64,000 nt of DNA from Camelus dromedarius (Eukaryota), in assembly GCF_036321535.1 (NCBI RefSeq), contig NC_087437.1, forward strand, positions 73,410,001 through 73,474,000. Direction: 5' to 3'. A program made the position numbers and the translations under genes. Position 1 is the first letter of the stretch. Each line of letters opens with the position of its first letter. The notes beneath the pieces were generated by a model that worked only from the letters and a program-made list of their open reading frames with translations, did no database searches and was not told the origin of the DNA. Shown piece after piece: positions 63,451-64,000 of this stretch.

Positions 63451-64000
63451 TTTCCAATAGTGAAGAGTGGCTACTGGGACAAAATTCTAGTGTTTTTGGA
63501 TCTTTGATGAAATATTATAATAATTGCTTTATATCCTGCTATAACTCAGAGCTATTATATCCAATGATAATACTATCACCAGCAATTAAGAAATATATAT
63601 TTGATACTGAATAAATGACCTCAAATGTTTGGCTATCTTTTAGGGAAAGTCTGGCTGCAAGTCTGGGTAGCTGTAATGAGACTATCTTAAGGTATGTTAT
63701 ATCTAAATTATATTCATCATAAAATTTATATAACAGACAATTTTAGCTATTGATTTCTAATTCAATAATAACTAAGGTTTTTCTCAAGTTATATTGTATA
63801 TATATTTTCTTTCAAAGTTAAGTAACTGAGAATATATATTCAAGAGAAGTAGAAATCTAAAAAAAGAAAATTTCTTATTCTATTTGTAAGCCTAAAAAGG
63901 AAAAAATTGTAAATGAACAGGACTTTTTTTCTTACATAACTTATATAGTTTTTTTTAATGTAACTGTGAATATATTTCCTTCCTGCCTTTGTCTTCAATG

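Noticed and set aside
1..64000. CRISPR arrays, rRNA/tRNA genes, prokaryotic operons
   Set aside because: The sequence is clearly mammalian; no repeat-spacer arrays or RNA-gene signatures seen.

Overview
Mammalian genomic DNA, AT-rich and dense in repeats. The lineage-specific L1 3' ends and the absence of Alu, B1, PRE-1, Bov-A and Can-SINE elements suggest a cetartiodactyl, possibly a camelid (inference). The one recognisable cellular gene is NECTIN3 (PVRL3) on the minus strand. Coding exon 1 (signal peptide MARTPGLAPLCPGGGKAQLSSAS...LLLLLLFPLLFFSRLCG) lies at 29233-29395 in a CpG island (~28750-30900). Positions 1-29232 are intron 1, with exon 2 outside the window, and ~31-64 kb is upstream sequence. 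The rest is transposon remnants: a near full-length dead L1 (3659-~9885) nested in a Charlie1b-like DNA transposon, many truncated L1 3' ends with target-site duplications (TSDs), old L1M/L2/MIR, hAT and Tigger MITEs, and a cluster of solo LTRs including a MER41-like one. I found no RNA genes, CRISPR arrays or convincing new protein-coding system. The best leads are two apparent L1 3' transductions or chimeric 3' ends, a pure (CCG)14 and a G-quadruplex motif in the NECTIN3 5' leader, two candidate alternative first exons, an orphan CpG-rich segment at ~53.4-54.1 kb and a CCAAT/X-box/GC-box module at ~55.75 kb. Repeat family names and human comparisons come from recalled consensus sequences, not from searches.
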